A DNA stretch of 64,000 bases from Octopus sinensis (GCF_006345805.1 NC_043002.1:74958001-75022000), one strand, 5' to 3'. Shown: positions 38,590 to 51,540, numbered from the stretch's first letter. Translations and numbers: made by a program. Notes: generated by a model from the letters alone, not told the origin.

Positions 38590-39110
38590 ATATAAATAAA
38601 CACCAGACAAAGTACTGGGGTTGATATGAATAATTAAACCCTTGAAAGCAGTGCCCTAGCATGGCCACAGTCCACTAACTGCAATCAGTACTTGAATTGT
38701 GTGCATGTGCGTAATATATTTGGCTGTGTGGTTAAGAGATTTGCTTCCTAACCATATGGTCTTGTGCTCAGTCCTGTGCTGCACCACGGGCAAGTGTCTT
38801 CTAGGCTGACTAGGCTGGAAACTGAAAGAAACCTGTCGTGTGTGTGTATGTATACATACATACACCCTTGACTAAACATCATATGGTGGTTGTAAAATGA
38901 GCATCAGCATTATACAAGTGATACTGTTAATTTCCTGTCTTCTGTAAAATAAAAACATTTCTAATTTTGGGAAAATGTTATGTTACTTGGAAACAAGTGA
39001 AGGTTGATGACCGGCAGGGCATCTTGCTGTAGAAAATCTGCCTCAGAAAACCCTGCTTGACCTATGCAAGCATGGGAAAGTGGATGTAAGGATGATGATG
39101 ATGATGTGTG
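38590..39110 (+). mobile_element. Family A tail fragment followed by a family A' SINE
   Basis: CATGGCCACAGTCC tail at about 38660; TGGCTGTGTGGTTAAG head at about 38721; GGGCATCTTGCTGTAGAAAATCTGCC tail and (GAT)n. Confidence 0.8.
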
Positions 39111-39819
39111 TGGAGAGAGAGAGAGAGAAAGCAATAAACGAGAACCCTAAAGACTCTCGGAGAATATAAGGATTAAAGTGTGATGAAATGCTGTACTTGT
39201 GCATTAAAGCATGAGATATGAACCAGTGTATAAAAATCTTTACATTGTTGTTGTAGTTGTTGTTAATTTTCTGCACACCAAATTGATATCATTGGCATCA
39301 GTGGAAATAAATAAATTGGTTGCACATGTATTTCTTTCAGTCAACTTTTGTGTTAAGATCAGATTACAAGCCGCTTCCTACAAACATTTATAAAGTCTCT
39401 TGTTACTATTTCCTGCCTGGAATCTTCACTAATTCATCATTGTCCATTTGTTGTCTGTGCACTGACCAGAATTGACATAAAACCTGTCATTAGTAACTTG
39501 AAATCTTGGTGAATAGCTAGTTCCAAGTCTGGCAAGCACAACAAACATTACAAATGGTTGCTTGCACACATCCACGGTTCCTAACATCCACCCTACCACA
39601 CCAAATAAATCTCAGCCCAGAGTTTGGTTGTCTTTGACATTTCTCATCAATTTCTGTGCCTTTCCTTATTTGTGCGTGTTTATTAATACATGCATCTCAG
39701 CAGAATTTTCTGTATATAACTTGTGGGTGACAGAGAAAAATTACCTAAAGAGTTTTGTTGTCTGAAAATTATAACTTCTAAAGTTATCTTGTTTTAAGCT
39801 ATTTCTCATAAAACTGTAT

Positions 39820-39850
39820 TTTATTTGTTTTCTTTTCTTTACAGGTAAGT
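39820..39850 (+). promoter_or_regulatory. Candidate recursive splice site (3' acceptor fused to a 5' donor)
   Basis: TTTTATTTGTTTTCTTTTCTTTACAG|GTAAGT, junction at 39844/39845. Confidence 0.5.
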
Positions 39851-40249
39851 CTTTTTTACACACTCTGTTGTGATAATGCAATTTAAAAAAAAAAACTGAA
39901 AGAGGAAAAAGAGATGAGTTACTTTGCAATTAAGGTAAATAGTCTTTTTTATACATAATTTTTCTTCTTTTTCTTTCATGTTAATGAACAGGTTATAGCC
40001 AAAACAAAACACTTATGAAAGATTACTCCCCCACCCCTCTCTCTCTCTCTATATATATATATATCAGACTCACACATATCATGCTGTTTACTCATGATTT
40101 GTTGGCAACATATAATGCTCTTTTAATGTTTTAGTTAATATCTACAATGTGCTTCATTAATTTTAGAACAAGGATTGAAAAAAAAAATGTCTATCTTATT
40201 CTAACTTTAATGTTTATGGTAGCTCATACATATACAAGGTATTGAAATG

Positions 40250-40460
40250 AGTGGCAAAGCGATGGAATTAAATGTTGTACAGTATTTAGTTTTATCTCTG
40301 TGTATCTTTATGTTCTTAGCCTGAGACCCACTGGGGATATCATTGCCTTTCATCTCTCCAGAGTGGAAGGAGAATAAATACCATATGTACTGGAGCCAGT
40401 TCAATGAAGTATACTTCTCCTTTATAAATATGGCCCTCTGCCACTATAAGAAAATGTTAT
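40250..40460 (+). mobile_element. Old, degenerate family B SINE
   Basis: TTGCCTTTCATCTCTCCAGAGTGG..AATAAATACC..TACTGGAG..CTATAAGAAAATGTTATTAT. Confidence 0.45.
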
Positions 40461-42084
40461 TATCGCAGCTAGCATCTTAACATATCTTTATCATGTCACA
40501 CAGTGACACGAGTGCATACCAATACATGTGCACACATGCATACAGGAACTATAGAGGTACATGCACAAATTTAAGTGAAACTGAATTGGGAAGTTATTGA
40601 CTTCCTGACTTGTCTGATAAAATCAATTCTGCATGTATATTTCAGATTTGGTTGCATATATGTATATCTGCATTTATGTGTATGTTTGTGTTTGTATACA
40701 CACACACGTTTGTGCATATGTGTAACATTTCACATATATATGTGTTTGTTTATGTACTCTGTATGTTAATGAAAGAATAGGGTAAAAAAACTAATGAAGA
40801 TGTTGAAGATAATTCCATCCTTAAATTTACAATCCAGTATAATTAACTTGGGAATAAATTCATACCACAGCAACCCAGCATTTTTAGATATAAGTGTGGG
40901 AATAAGGCACAACACACATTTAACAAATCAGTACATACACACACATACACATGTGTGCATGCAAATGAATAACTGTACATGCATGGAAATAGTAAATGAT
41001 GCAAAAATTGCAGTTCTCTTCTTGTAAGGCAGATTTAAAACCTCCCATCAGAATTTGTAACTATAATATAGAAGTTCATATCTAAATATTGTAAATTTAG
41101 TCCAGCTCTTTTCCTATCCCTTATAACTACACTAAAACAATGCCTTACCTTGATTACCCATAAAAAGGTGGTGAGAGACATTTTCAGTACTGGCTGTGCA
41201 AGTCTTGAGAACTGTTAGTTTGTTGTCTCTGAGCTGTGTCCTTGTAGAATTAATTGCTACTTAATGGTTTGTATTGGTGCAAGATAATTGATTTTAGAAA
41301 AAGACCTGAAGTGAGAAGAACCAAAGATTAAGTGACACTAGAATTTTTGTCTTGCTAGTAGTATACTTTGTCAGAATTAATAACCACTTCTGCAACTCTT
41401 ATTATTATTATTTTTTTTTGTTCATTTCCGCCTCCTTCCTCTTTCGTTGACACACATTTACTTGCTCGATCTTGTCACTTATATATCTTTATGTACTAAA
41501 GTAATTTAAACACAAACATTTAATTGTAAATTATATTACTTTTGTTAGAAAAATCAATAAAGGTGATTTTGAAGTAAATATTATTTCTAATTTATTCTAT
41601 TTCTTTTAAACAATTGATGGGGTTTTGTATTTTTTGTTTTTCTATCCTTAATAGTATATATATATGTATATATATTGACACAACACCTTCTTACTGTAGT
41701 AGTGTAATTGTGCTTCCTTTCCTGATTGTATTATTCCACCATTCATTCCTATGGTTTCACTTATGCTCTGCAACTATTGAAATCAGCAGACACCAATTAA
41801 TCCCCTCCCCACTCCCACACATTCTGTGTGGGCAAGAAATGCAAGGAAACAAAGACCTGTTTCAATTTCAAGAATTTTGCTTCCTTCCATTCGGCAATGT
41901 ATTCTAATGAATACACACACACACACACACACTGGCTTTTTAAGACATTGTTTCTTTTAAAAGTGCATTCCCCCCTCCTCACTATTAAAAAATTGTGGGG
42001 TTTTTTTTTTTTTTGTATTTTCTTGATTTCATTATTATTGCCAATAATAATGAAATAAAAGAAAATATATATGTTGCCATCTAA

Positions 42085-42475
42085 GCAGTTTTCTTATAGT
42101 TGTTTCCTAACCACATGGTTTTGGGCTCAGTTCCACTGCATGGCACCTTGGGCAAGTATCTTCTACTCTAGCCTCACCCAACCAAAGCCTTGTGAGTGAA
42201 TTTGGTAGATGGAAATAGAAAGGATCTTGGCACGTGCATGTGTGTGCTACTGTCTCTTTACTGTGACATTGTGTGACAGTAAGCAAGTGTCACCATCATG
42301 CAAGAAATATCCTTTATGTGAAATCTTCTGAGAGATATCTGGCCATGGGGAAATGTTACCTTATTTGGAAAAGGTGAGGGTTTGTGTCAAGAATGACATT
42401 TAGCTATAGAAAATCCACCTCGGCAAAATTTGTCTGACCCATGTGTGCATACAAAAGTGGTCATTTAAAACAATG
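42085..42475 (+). mobile_element. Family A' SINE
   Basis: CCTAACCACATGGTTTTGGGCTCAGTTCCACTGC..CCTTGGGCAAG head; TAGAAAATCCACCTC..CTGACCCATG tail. Confidence 0.8.
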
Positions 42476-43499
42476 TGTGTGTGTGTGTGTGTAAAAAGAG
42501 CTTATACTAAAATATGATGTATTATGTTTTGGTTTTTGTTGGCATTGTGTTCTGTTAAATATGGCAATTTATTTTTCCTGCAGATACATAAATTGCATAT
42601 AGATGAATTGTAGTGCTGAAGACACCTATGGGATATTTTGTTTCTCTCTTTATTCATGTGTCATGCCTTTAGGTGTCAGCGATCATGTACCTCCCTGTTA
42701 AAGATTCATGATATTTTTTTTAAGCAAAGACATAGCAGTTGTTTCCCCATTGCCTTCTTCTGGTTTATTTACAGTTTACTCTTGTAGTCTCCTTCTCTCC
42801 TGAGCTTACCCTTGAGACACAAAGCCTATTTAACCCCTCCTTCATATGGCATCACGTGTGTCCACACACTGGTGAGCCTGTGTCACACATATCTAAAGTC
42901 CTGTATGTCTTATCCACAGTCATCATTTGCTATTTGAAAGAAAGAGGTGTGTGTGAGGTGTGGATTGTATAATGTAAGCTGAGAATATACAGTATCAGGG
43001 GGGAAAAAAATTCAATTAAATAACTGGATAGTCACAGCTGGAAGGCCTTTGATTATGGGTCTGCTGAATCAAGGTTGACCTGTAATTAAACAAGTCGTTT
43101 ATAAGATATCTGATGGCTTTATTCTGCGAGTATATTTATATTCTTGTCTCAACTGGTTTGAGCACTTCTGTTATTAAAGTATTACTTAGGTGTTAGCCTA
43201 AATTCCTAACTAGTAACAAAATCCTTATGTAGTAAATAGTTCCTTGTAAGGATTTATATAGACACATGGACTTAATCTATTGAAATAGTTAATATTAACA
43301 AGATTTTCCCTAATCCTGTGTAGTTTCTTCAAGAAAAGCTCTGAGCACTTCCAGTTTATAATAGAGATAGAAGCAGAGGCTAAGATCATTTATTGGTTTC
43401 TCACTTTCAAGTTATTGTAGGGTATACACAGCAGATAATTCACATGTTATTAAAGCTGTGAATGTATGATCATTCAAGTGGGGAAATGTAGTTGTTGTT

Positions 43500-43720
43500 C
43501 TTGTTGTTATTTAGCTGTAAGTCAACTCTGATTGAATAAATGTTGGATCAAAATGTTACAGTCATGAATTTAACTATCTTTTTTCCCCTCCCCTCCTTAA
43601 TTGTGTCTCGCAACATATCAAATGTGCTGTTTTCATCTTTTAAAATGTGTTTTAATGGAGATATGACTGCTATTTCAAGTAGATTGACCAGCCAAACAGA
43701 GGTATTCTGTGATCACTGCT
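43500..43720 (-). mobile_element. Family C repeat, antisense
   Basis: TTGTTATTTAGCTGTAAGTCAACTCTG..GACTGCTATTTCAAGTAG. Confidence 0.5.
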
Positions 43721-44397
43721 AAGTCTGTTGGTTAGGTAGTTCTGATTGTCATTTCAGGAACTACACTGCTCCTGTTGTGGCTTCTTATTTTTATTAATAT
43801 AGATTTTGAGATGATTCATGTTTGTTTCCTGTGTGATTAGAGTTAGATGTTTCACTAGTGTAGTGTAGCATTACTTTGGGTGTAGTATTCTTCATAACTA
43901 GGTACTCTTTCTCACCTGTAAAGTATGAACAAAATTTTATTTAAGTACATAGAGTAATCTTCTACCAGCCTCTAGAATTGTTATCTTAATGACACTTGAA
44001 AAGTGCTATGTTTTATAATGAGGTCAATCTAGTTTATTTATATTAATGTAAATTAAACATTTTATTTAAAATTTAATAGGTGAGAAAGATTAATTGCTGT
44101 TGATTCACAAACAAAATATGTGTTTAGAGCCTGGATTATTAGAAAAGTAAAATGAGTGTCTGATTCCTCTCCCCACCCTCTATGACTTAGTTTGAGGATG
44201 AGGGGAGTGGCCATGTCCTTTTGGTGCATCTCCAAAAGTGATAGTGATAGTAGTAGGGTAGAAAACATCACTGATAAGCTATCCTAAAACCAAACCCAAA
44301 TTCTTGAAAGAGTATGTATTCTGCTGAAAGCCAGATAGTGTTAAACTGGGCAGAAGATTAAAGTCTATTGCTGAAGAACATTTATACCCCTTTTGGG

Positions 44398-44590
44398 CAG
44401 TAGTGTATGGTGGTGGTTGCTTTGGGTGTGCTGCCGCACCCAGTGTAACCAAATTTCAAGCAGGAGTATAACAAAAGTTTTCCTTTAAGATTTGTGATTA
44501 AAGTAATAAGTAAGGTTAATGTTTGTAATGAATTTACCATTTTCGATGGGTGTGCAGTACACACCTAGCCCACCCAGAATATACGCCCTT
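44398..44590. mobile_element. hAT-type MITE
   Basis: 8-bp TSD CTTTTGGG (44390-44397) / CTTCTGGG (44591-44598). Degenerate TIRs CAGTAGTGTAT / ATACGCCCTT; subterminal GGGTGTGC motifs. Confidence 0.65.
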
Positions 44591-45546
44591 CTTCTGGGAG
44601 GTTTCTATAGAGTTTCTCTGTTCCTAATTTTGCACAAAATGCTTTTGTTCAATCCAAGTTATGGATTACATTTTTACAAGTTATTACACAATGGGAGTAA
44701 ATTTGGAATCATATGATTGTGAAACAAACTCCTTAAACATAAGGACATGCCTGCTCCCATCAAATGGGAGGGTGAAAGTACTTGAAGTGCATTTGGGCCA
44801 CTTGAGTGGCCTCTTGATACATTAAACACTTTTGATAAGTTATAGTGGTTTTTACTTCTGAAGGAAGTGTTCCCAAAACTATCTGAAGAATTTGAGCAAG
44901 ACATTGTATCTATTCTTGAAACTTTTGACATTTGAAACCTTCTGTTGCAGAAATTTTATGCTGGTAAATTACAATTAAATCATTTGGAATTAATTAAGAA
45001 TTGCATTGAACATAGAAGGAGAATTTCTATTTACTAATTGAGGGTTTTTATGATTACGGTTAATCTTTTGAGTAGATGATTGCAGTACTGAATGTGTTGC
45101 TGTTAGATTGAACATTTCTGGTATTGATCAGCTTGAGTGAAATGGAGTGGAAACACTATTAGCTCAAGGAGTTTCTTACACAGTGATGGGAAATACAAGT
45201 GGACTGTTTGACCAATCAATGTTATTGACACCATCAATACCTTTCAAAGCATGTATTGTGTCCTTAATCAAGGCTCATTACTCAACTAGTCTCACTGTAT
45301 TTACTTGTAAAATTACTACTGATTTCACTTACTCTGCTGCTGAATTGTAAGTGATTTCAAGGAGCTATAGTCTTTAAAATAAACCTGCAACATAATATTC
45401 TGAAAAATATCTGAACCATTCAAACCACGTTGAATGATTAATGACGATGATTAGAACAAATCTTGCTAAGACTTTTGATTTTTAATTTTGTTTGACTGTT
45501 TGTCATTCTCTATCTTACTTTGAATAAATAGTCTGTAATATATATG

Positions 45547-45591
<45 letters not shown>

Positions 45592-45670
45592 CTGTATATA
45601 GTTCTGTGTGTGTGTATATATCTGTCTGTTTGCCTGTATATAGCTGTGTGTATGTATGTGCATATGTGTC

Positions 45671-45704
<34 letters not shown>

Positions 45705-46254
45705 GCATTTCTGTGTGTGTATATAAAATGTACACATACACACACACATAAATATATAAGTATGCGTAATGAATGTCTCTATTCAACATGATTTAATGAT
45801 GGATGAAAGGGAAATGTTTCTTATTATCTGTTATCAATATTTGATGAGTCAAAATAATGAAGCATTATTGCCATGTGTCAGTTTAATGAATACAGTTAGT
45901 TTAGCTTATTTTGGTGGTTTATACTATATAAATGACCTTAGGAGGTTTGTGCCAGTTTTATTGAAATAGAAGATTGTTGTGCGGAGAAAATGTGTCTCCT
46001 TGCTACTACAAGCTTTAGAATACAGTAAATAATATTGTGATCTCATTTATGTCACTTCAACAGTTGCTTGAATGGCTCTTATTTCTCTGAATTGCTGTAT
46101 TTTTTGCTTTGTTTTTTACAAGTTAGAGGATGAGGAGCAGCATTTATACTCCATCATTCATGCATGCTTACATTTACACATCCAGAAGATCATGCTCAGC
46201 TTATGTCTTCTTAGTCTTTTCACAGTCTCCAGGTTCAGTGCCCAAGGTTGACAA

Positions 46255-46860
46255 CTGCACAGATGGGTGAGATTAATGCATGTGAGATTCAGTTTGAACA
46301 GCCATAAGTTGGGGGAATATAGTCATACAAAGAGAACTGGAGATTTGGCTTTATTTATTGTAATAGAGTGGATTCTGTTAAAGATATCAAAACACCTGAT
46401 GATGGTGGTGTCCCTGAACATGTGCAGTCTTTCCTTCCTGCCAGTGCAAAAGGAAGTGTGTTGTTGGTGTTGTGAAACTAATAGTAAACAGTAAAATCCA
46501 AGTAGAAGTTCATGGATCTATAAAATTGGCTGGCAGAAGGGATTTAAGTGAAAGGCAGATTGTATGATGTTTGAGTATGAAGTGTAATATTACACAGTAG
46601 TGTACAGGGTCATTAAATCTGGAGATTGTGGAAAGGCTGAGAAGAAATAAGCTGAGCATGGCCTCCTGGATGTGTAATTTTAATGTGCCTGAGTGATGGA
46701 GTACAAATCTTTTGAGAGAAAAAAATCTGAGTATCAGTTGAATCAGATATGGCATGCAAAAGAGAAGACTGAGCATCTGATGTAGATTTGTGATGCATAT
46801 TGGGGATGACAGTTGGGTGGCAGTGCCATGCAGTCTAAGTTAAAGGGGTGTGCTGAAGAG
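46255..46860 (+). mobile_element. Decayed RTE-clade LINE, C-terminal RT region
   Basis: VKGRLYDV (from 46548), ERLRRNKLSMASWMCNFNV, LLREKNLSI, MQKRRL, FVMHIGDDSWV. The core at 46540-46830 is best supported. Confidence 0.7.
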
Positions 46861-46903
46861 AATGCCAAATGCATTTCAGTTTTTGGGGTCTTTTTTAATG
46901 ATA

Positions 46904-47272
46904 TGAGGTCTGATCAATAAGTATCCGGACTATTGCCATAGTTATAAAACTAAAGTGCACAGTGAAGGTGCATGACACAGATTGACCTCAAACTCCTCTG
47001 TGCATATGCATTAAGTTGTAATGTTCTGGCTCACTTCTGCTGTTTACAGCAGTGCTTGGAAGGAAGGTGTATTGCGTGTGGTCAATGCGACAATCACACA
47101 TACACACCTTCCTTCCAAGCACTGTTGTAAACGGTGGAAGTGAGCTTGAACATTAGAACTTAGTACACATTCACAATAGAGTTCAAGGTCAGTCTGTGTC
47201 AAGCGGCTTTACTCTCTGTGCTTTAGTTTTGTTACTATAGCAACAGTCCGGATACTTGTTGATCAGACCTTG
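46904..47272. mobile_element. Fold-back MITE, Tc1/mariner type (TA TSD)
   Basis: TA at 46902-46903 and 47273-47274. Ends TGAGGTCTGATCAATAAGTATCCGGACT / AGTCCGGATACTTGTTGATCAGACCTTG; the arms stay complementary to the centre at about 47085. Confidence 0.9.
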
Positions 47273-47477
47273 TATGCATTCACAGCTAGTCACCTGCTTG
47301 CTAACTGCTGCTAGGATGAGTGTTCTTTTTCATTTAATATTTATTGTGTTTTTAACACAGTATGTCCATAAAGGATGTTATCTCAAGATAAATACTGCAG
47401 TAACTGGTCTATCAATGGTGTATACACTTAAAGTATGATACAGAGATGGTTATTTAAATTGAATACTACCTCAATTG

Positions 47478-47775
47478 CATGTAACTGTGTGGCAAGAAGT
47501 TTGCTTCCCAAGCATATAGTTCTGGGTTCAATCTCACTTTATGACACCTTGGGTGTGTGTGTATCTTTGTGACTATTTGTCCCCTGCCACTGCTTGACAA
47601 CAGGTGTTGATGTGTGTACCTCCCTGTAACTTAGTGGTTTGGCAAAAGAGACTGATAGAATAAGCACCTGCTTTGAAAAAAAAAAAAAACGGACTGGGGT
47701 TGATTCATTTGACTAAAAATACTTCGAGGTGTTACCCCAGTATGGCCACAATCTAATGACTGAAACAGATAAAAG
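47478..47775 (+). mobile_element. Family A SINE with an internal deletion
   Basis: ACTGTGTGGCAAGAAGTTTGCTTCCC head; tail ending AATGACTGAAACAGATAAAAG. Confidence 0.8.
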
Positions 47776-48111
47776 ATATATATATTTGTGTGTGTATATA
47801 CGTTTATATATTTGTGTGTGTGTGTATATACATATTTATATACTTGCATGTATATGTGTGTATATACATGTAAGCACATGTGTGTATATATGTGTATATA
47901 TATATATATATATAGGATTGAGGGAATGGCATATCTAGATGAGTTGTATATGTACACTAGTGATATATGAGAGCTTCAATGAAATATGTTTTACCTGACA
48001 AACACTGTTTTTTTCCTGTCTATTTTGAAGTACATATAATTTAAACATGTTTTCAAGAGTTTTTCTATTTATTTTTAATTTATCTTTCTATTTATTTCTG
48101 CATTTCTGTAT

Positions 48112-48146
<35 letters not shown>

Positions 48147-48746
48147 GCTATTTATAATTTCACTCTCTACACACCACCGAATGTAGATAGAGATGAAAAT
48201 TTATTGTTTGTTTGATGTCATTCTTCTATTTTTTTTTCCCTTCTCTCTTTTTGTTTTGCGTTTTAACTCCTTATTTTGTTTGTTGTAATTGTGTTACTTT
48301 ACTAAATTTAAAATTCTGTAAAAAAAAATAATTTTTTTTAAAGTCTTATAATTTCTTTTCCATTTCCATCTGGTTCTGTTTGTTTTTTCCTTCATATATT
48401 TTCCTCCAAGACTATCTCTACTTTATCCATATGCAGCCAAAGAAGCCTCTTTGGCTTTCTGTACTTCTCAGCTTCTTTCGGAATATATTCTTTCTTGCTT
48501 TCTTTCATTCATTCATTCATTCATTCATTCTCTTCTGTTATTTGTTAACTGGCTTTTTTGAGAAAGTTTTCCCCTCTTCCTAAATTTTTTATTTATTCCT
48601 TCACATTGTTGTGTTTGTTCAGTACACTCTGGGTAACGTCTGTGTTAGCATGCTACTTTGTCTTGTGAAGTTCAGCTCTGTTGTAAGGATTAATAAACCT
48701 TAAAGGCTGGTATGCCACTGGCATCAACAATAATCTGTGTGTGCAC

Positions 48747-48782
<36 letters not shown>

Positions 48783-49119
48783 CAGTGTATACGTGCTCAA
48801 TTGCAGTGGTGTTAATACTTTCAAAGAACAAGAGATAATCTATACACCATGCAGTGCAGTGAAAGGGAAATAGTCAGTGTTGGGTTATCTCCAGCTGGGC
48901 AGAGAGTCAGGATGTTAATTTCCACTTGGGTTACTGGCAAGTAGGGGCACTGCTGATGAGAGAAGTACTGCTGAGGTTCCAAGGCTAGGATCTGTTGGGC
49001 TATAACAGAGAAAATAAAGATGATGTTGTAAAGACTAATTAAAGAAGCAACAGGGGTAGGTGGAAATTGTTATTCTCATCATCCTGGCAGTGTTTCTCAT
49101 CTTTTTTTTTTTCCTTCAG

Positions 49120-49148
49120 ATAGTAAATAGAAATTGAGCAGATATGAA
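49120..49148 (+). other. Candidate 29-nt non-coding or poison exon
   Basis: CTCATC(T)nCCTTCAG acceptor, 29 nt, then GTAAGT. Stops in all three frames. Confidence 0.25.
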
Positions 49149-50129
49149 GTAAGTAGGGGGTTAAAGAGAAAAATCATTTATGTGGCATGAAAAGGGTGGT
49201 GGCGGCGGCGGCAGTGGTAGTGGTAATGGTGGAGATGTTGGCTGAGATGAGAGAGGAAATATAAGTTACTGTCAGGCTTTGCACTGAAACCTGACAAGCT
49301 GAGAACTAAGATTTAATTACCATTCCACACATAGAAGCTGTGAAGTTTTTGACATGGGGCAGGAGAAGATAGAGGATTTTCTTTTGAGATTATTTGGGAA
49401 AATTACTGTTATAGTGATTAGTATTTCTTTTTCATTATCTTTTTATTAATTTTTTTTCCTTTGTTATATTTTAAAGATTCTGCCTGGATGCTGCTGCTAC
49501 AACAACTTCTTAATGGTTATTGTTCTTGCAGTCATCCTCATTCGCTCTTCTAGAAACTTCTTCTTTATTCTCCTCCCTTTTTGCCTCTTTGTTTCATTTT
49601 TGTCCTTTTTTTTTTTGCATCTTGTTACCGCCATTGCAAAACAAAAAGATAGGAAAAAGAAAAACATAACTAATAAAAAGACTGTCATACTGCATGGTAG
49701 AATTGTAACTGTTGCTGTTATTGAGTACATTACTGCCTCTATCACCACCACTGCCACTTCAGTCTCAATGAGAAGACATCCCTCTAGAAGACACCACCCA
49801 CTCTTGCTGTTGCAGAGGCAATGGGCTGATGAGACATGATGTATTATTAATTCAGACTCCTGGGTTTTCCTCTTATAAGTAAGTGTAGATGAGGAAGTAG
49901 ATAAGAACTTGAGATGTTGAGACAATTGTCTTGCTCTCATCTTGATAAAGGCAGATCTCCATGAATGCCAACTTTTGTGTTTGGGCTATTGGTAATGTGA
50001 GAATCACTTGGTTGTGTTGCCGATGGAGTGACAGCAATATAGTTAAACTTGGGCAAAGGTAATGTGTGTATGTGTGTGTGGAAGATATATTTTCTGTTCT
50101 CCTCCTTAACACCCCACTCTCTTCTGTCA

Positions 50130-50179
<50 letters not shown>

Positions 50180-50189
50180 ATGTATGTGT

Positions 50190-50335
50190 GTGGGCATGAT
50201 TGTGTGGTTGATAACTTTGCTTCCCAACCACATGATTTTCTGCTGTAGCCCTGGGCTGAACAAAGTCTTGTGAGTGAATTTAGTGGATGGAAACTGAAAG
50301 AAGCCTGTTGTCTTTGTGTGTGTGTGTATGTGTGT
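50190..50335 (+). mobile_element. Family A SINE head fragment
   Basis: GATTGTGTGGTTGATAACTTTGCTTCCCAACCACATG..GTGAGTGAATTT..GGAAACTGAAAGAAGCC. Confidence 0.75.
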
Positions 50336-50552
50336 GTGTTTATTTAGGCTTGTGCTCCATGAAAGGCTTGAACTATGAACAGTGTTATTGTCATTTTTGA
50401 AAATAACAAACCATTGCTCAATATCTGCCTTCAAAAACATGGAATATGAGATCTTTTTTTTGGTCAGTGTCAGAAAGGACATTCTGCTGTAAAAAAAGAC
50501 AACATCCCAATTATATGCATGTAACCCATGCTCACATAGAAAAACAGATGTT

Positions 50553-50761
50553 TGAGGGGGTGCTGAAAAGTTGCTGGATATCGCAAAAGGCCTACTTGGA
50601 GGCCCAACCTTCTGAGTTCTTTTACAAGGCTTAGAAAAATTGAAGGACTGCTGCAATAAGTGTGTGAATCTGAGAGGGGAATATGGTGAATAAAATCATT
50701 ATTAACTGATCTTCCTATATTTTCTTTTACCCAAATCCAGGAACTTTTTAACACCCATTTG
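50553..50761 (+). mobile_element. Mariner-derived MITE retaining the transposase C-terminal coding remnant
   Basis: TIRs TGAGGGGGTGCTGAAAAGTTGCTGG / CCAGGAACTTTTTAACACCCATTTG, with TA at 50762-50763. Interior reads KAYLEAQPSEFFY/GLEKLKDCCNKCVNLRGEYGE*. Confidence 0.8.
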
Positions 50762-51073
50762 TAAAAACAAACACACACACGTGCATAAGAAGCTTACTTT
50801 GCAATCATGTTATGTTTCACATTCAACTCAGCTGTGCCTTGGATTGACACTTAGCTTCTGTATGAAATTTGATAGCTGGAAATAGTGCAGAAGCCTCTGT
50901 GTGTGTGTACCACTTACATAAACTGGTGTTCTGTCCCTCTATATTCCACAACTTAGCATATTGTGAAATAGATACCAATAAAATAAAATACCAAACTGAA
51001 ATGAGTAATAAGGTTGATGACTAAATCGGTTGAAGTTGTTTCAACATGTCAATAGTTCATTGACTAAAGCCAG

Positions 51074-51114
<41 letters not shown>

Positions 51115-51154
51115 TACATACAAACATAGAGGGAGAGACACACACACATACACA

Positions 51155-51540
51155 GATGTGTGGTTAAGTTGCTTCATAACCGCATGGTTTTTAGTTCAGT
51201 CCCACTGCATGTATTTTGGGCAAATGTCTTTTGGTTAGCTTGCGGCTTGTGAGTGGATTTGGTAAGCAGAAACTGAAAGAAACCTGCTGTATATACTTGT
51301 GAGTGTCAATGTGTGTCTTTGTGTGCCTCTTTTACTTGACATTGCATGATTGTTTGCAAAAGAATGTTATTCATTACCATTATTCCGGAGAAAAAGGAAA
51401 GGCATGTCTGGCCATGGGTAAATAATACCTTGCTTGGAAACAGATAAAGGTTGGCAACAAGAAGGGTATCTGGCCATAATAAAACATCTGCTTCAGTAAT
51501 TTGTCTGACCCATTTAAGCATGGAAATGTAGATGTTTTGA
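51155..51540 (+). mobile_element. Family A' SINE
   Basis: TTCAGTCCCACTGCATG head; GAAGGGTATCTGGCCAT..CTGACCCAT..AGCATGGAAA tail. Confidence 0.8.

Noticed and set aside
43905-43945. Minus-strand acceptor/donor fusion TTTTGTTCATACTTTACAG|GTGAGA (43916/43915)
   Set aside because: Weaker tract and donor than 39844/39845. It shows that such motifs can arise by chance, and tempers confidence in the plus-strand site.
49497-50656. 147-aa and 239-aa minus-strand ORFs, the longest in the track
   Set aside because: They run antisense through a mariner MITE, a SINE head and (CT)n, with no domain signal.
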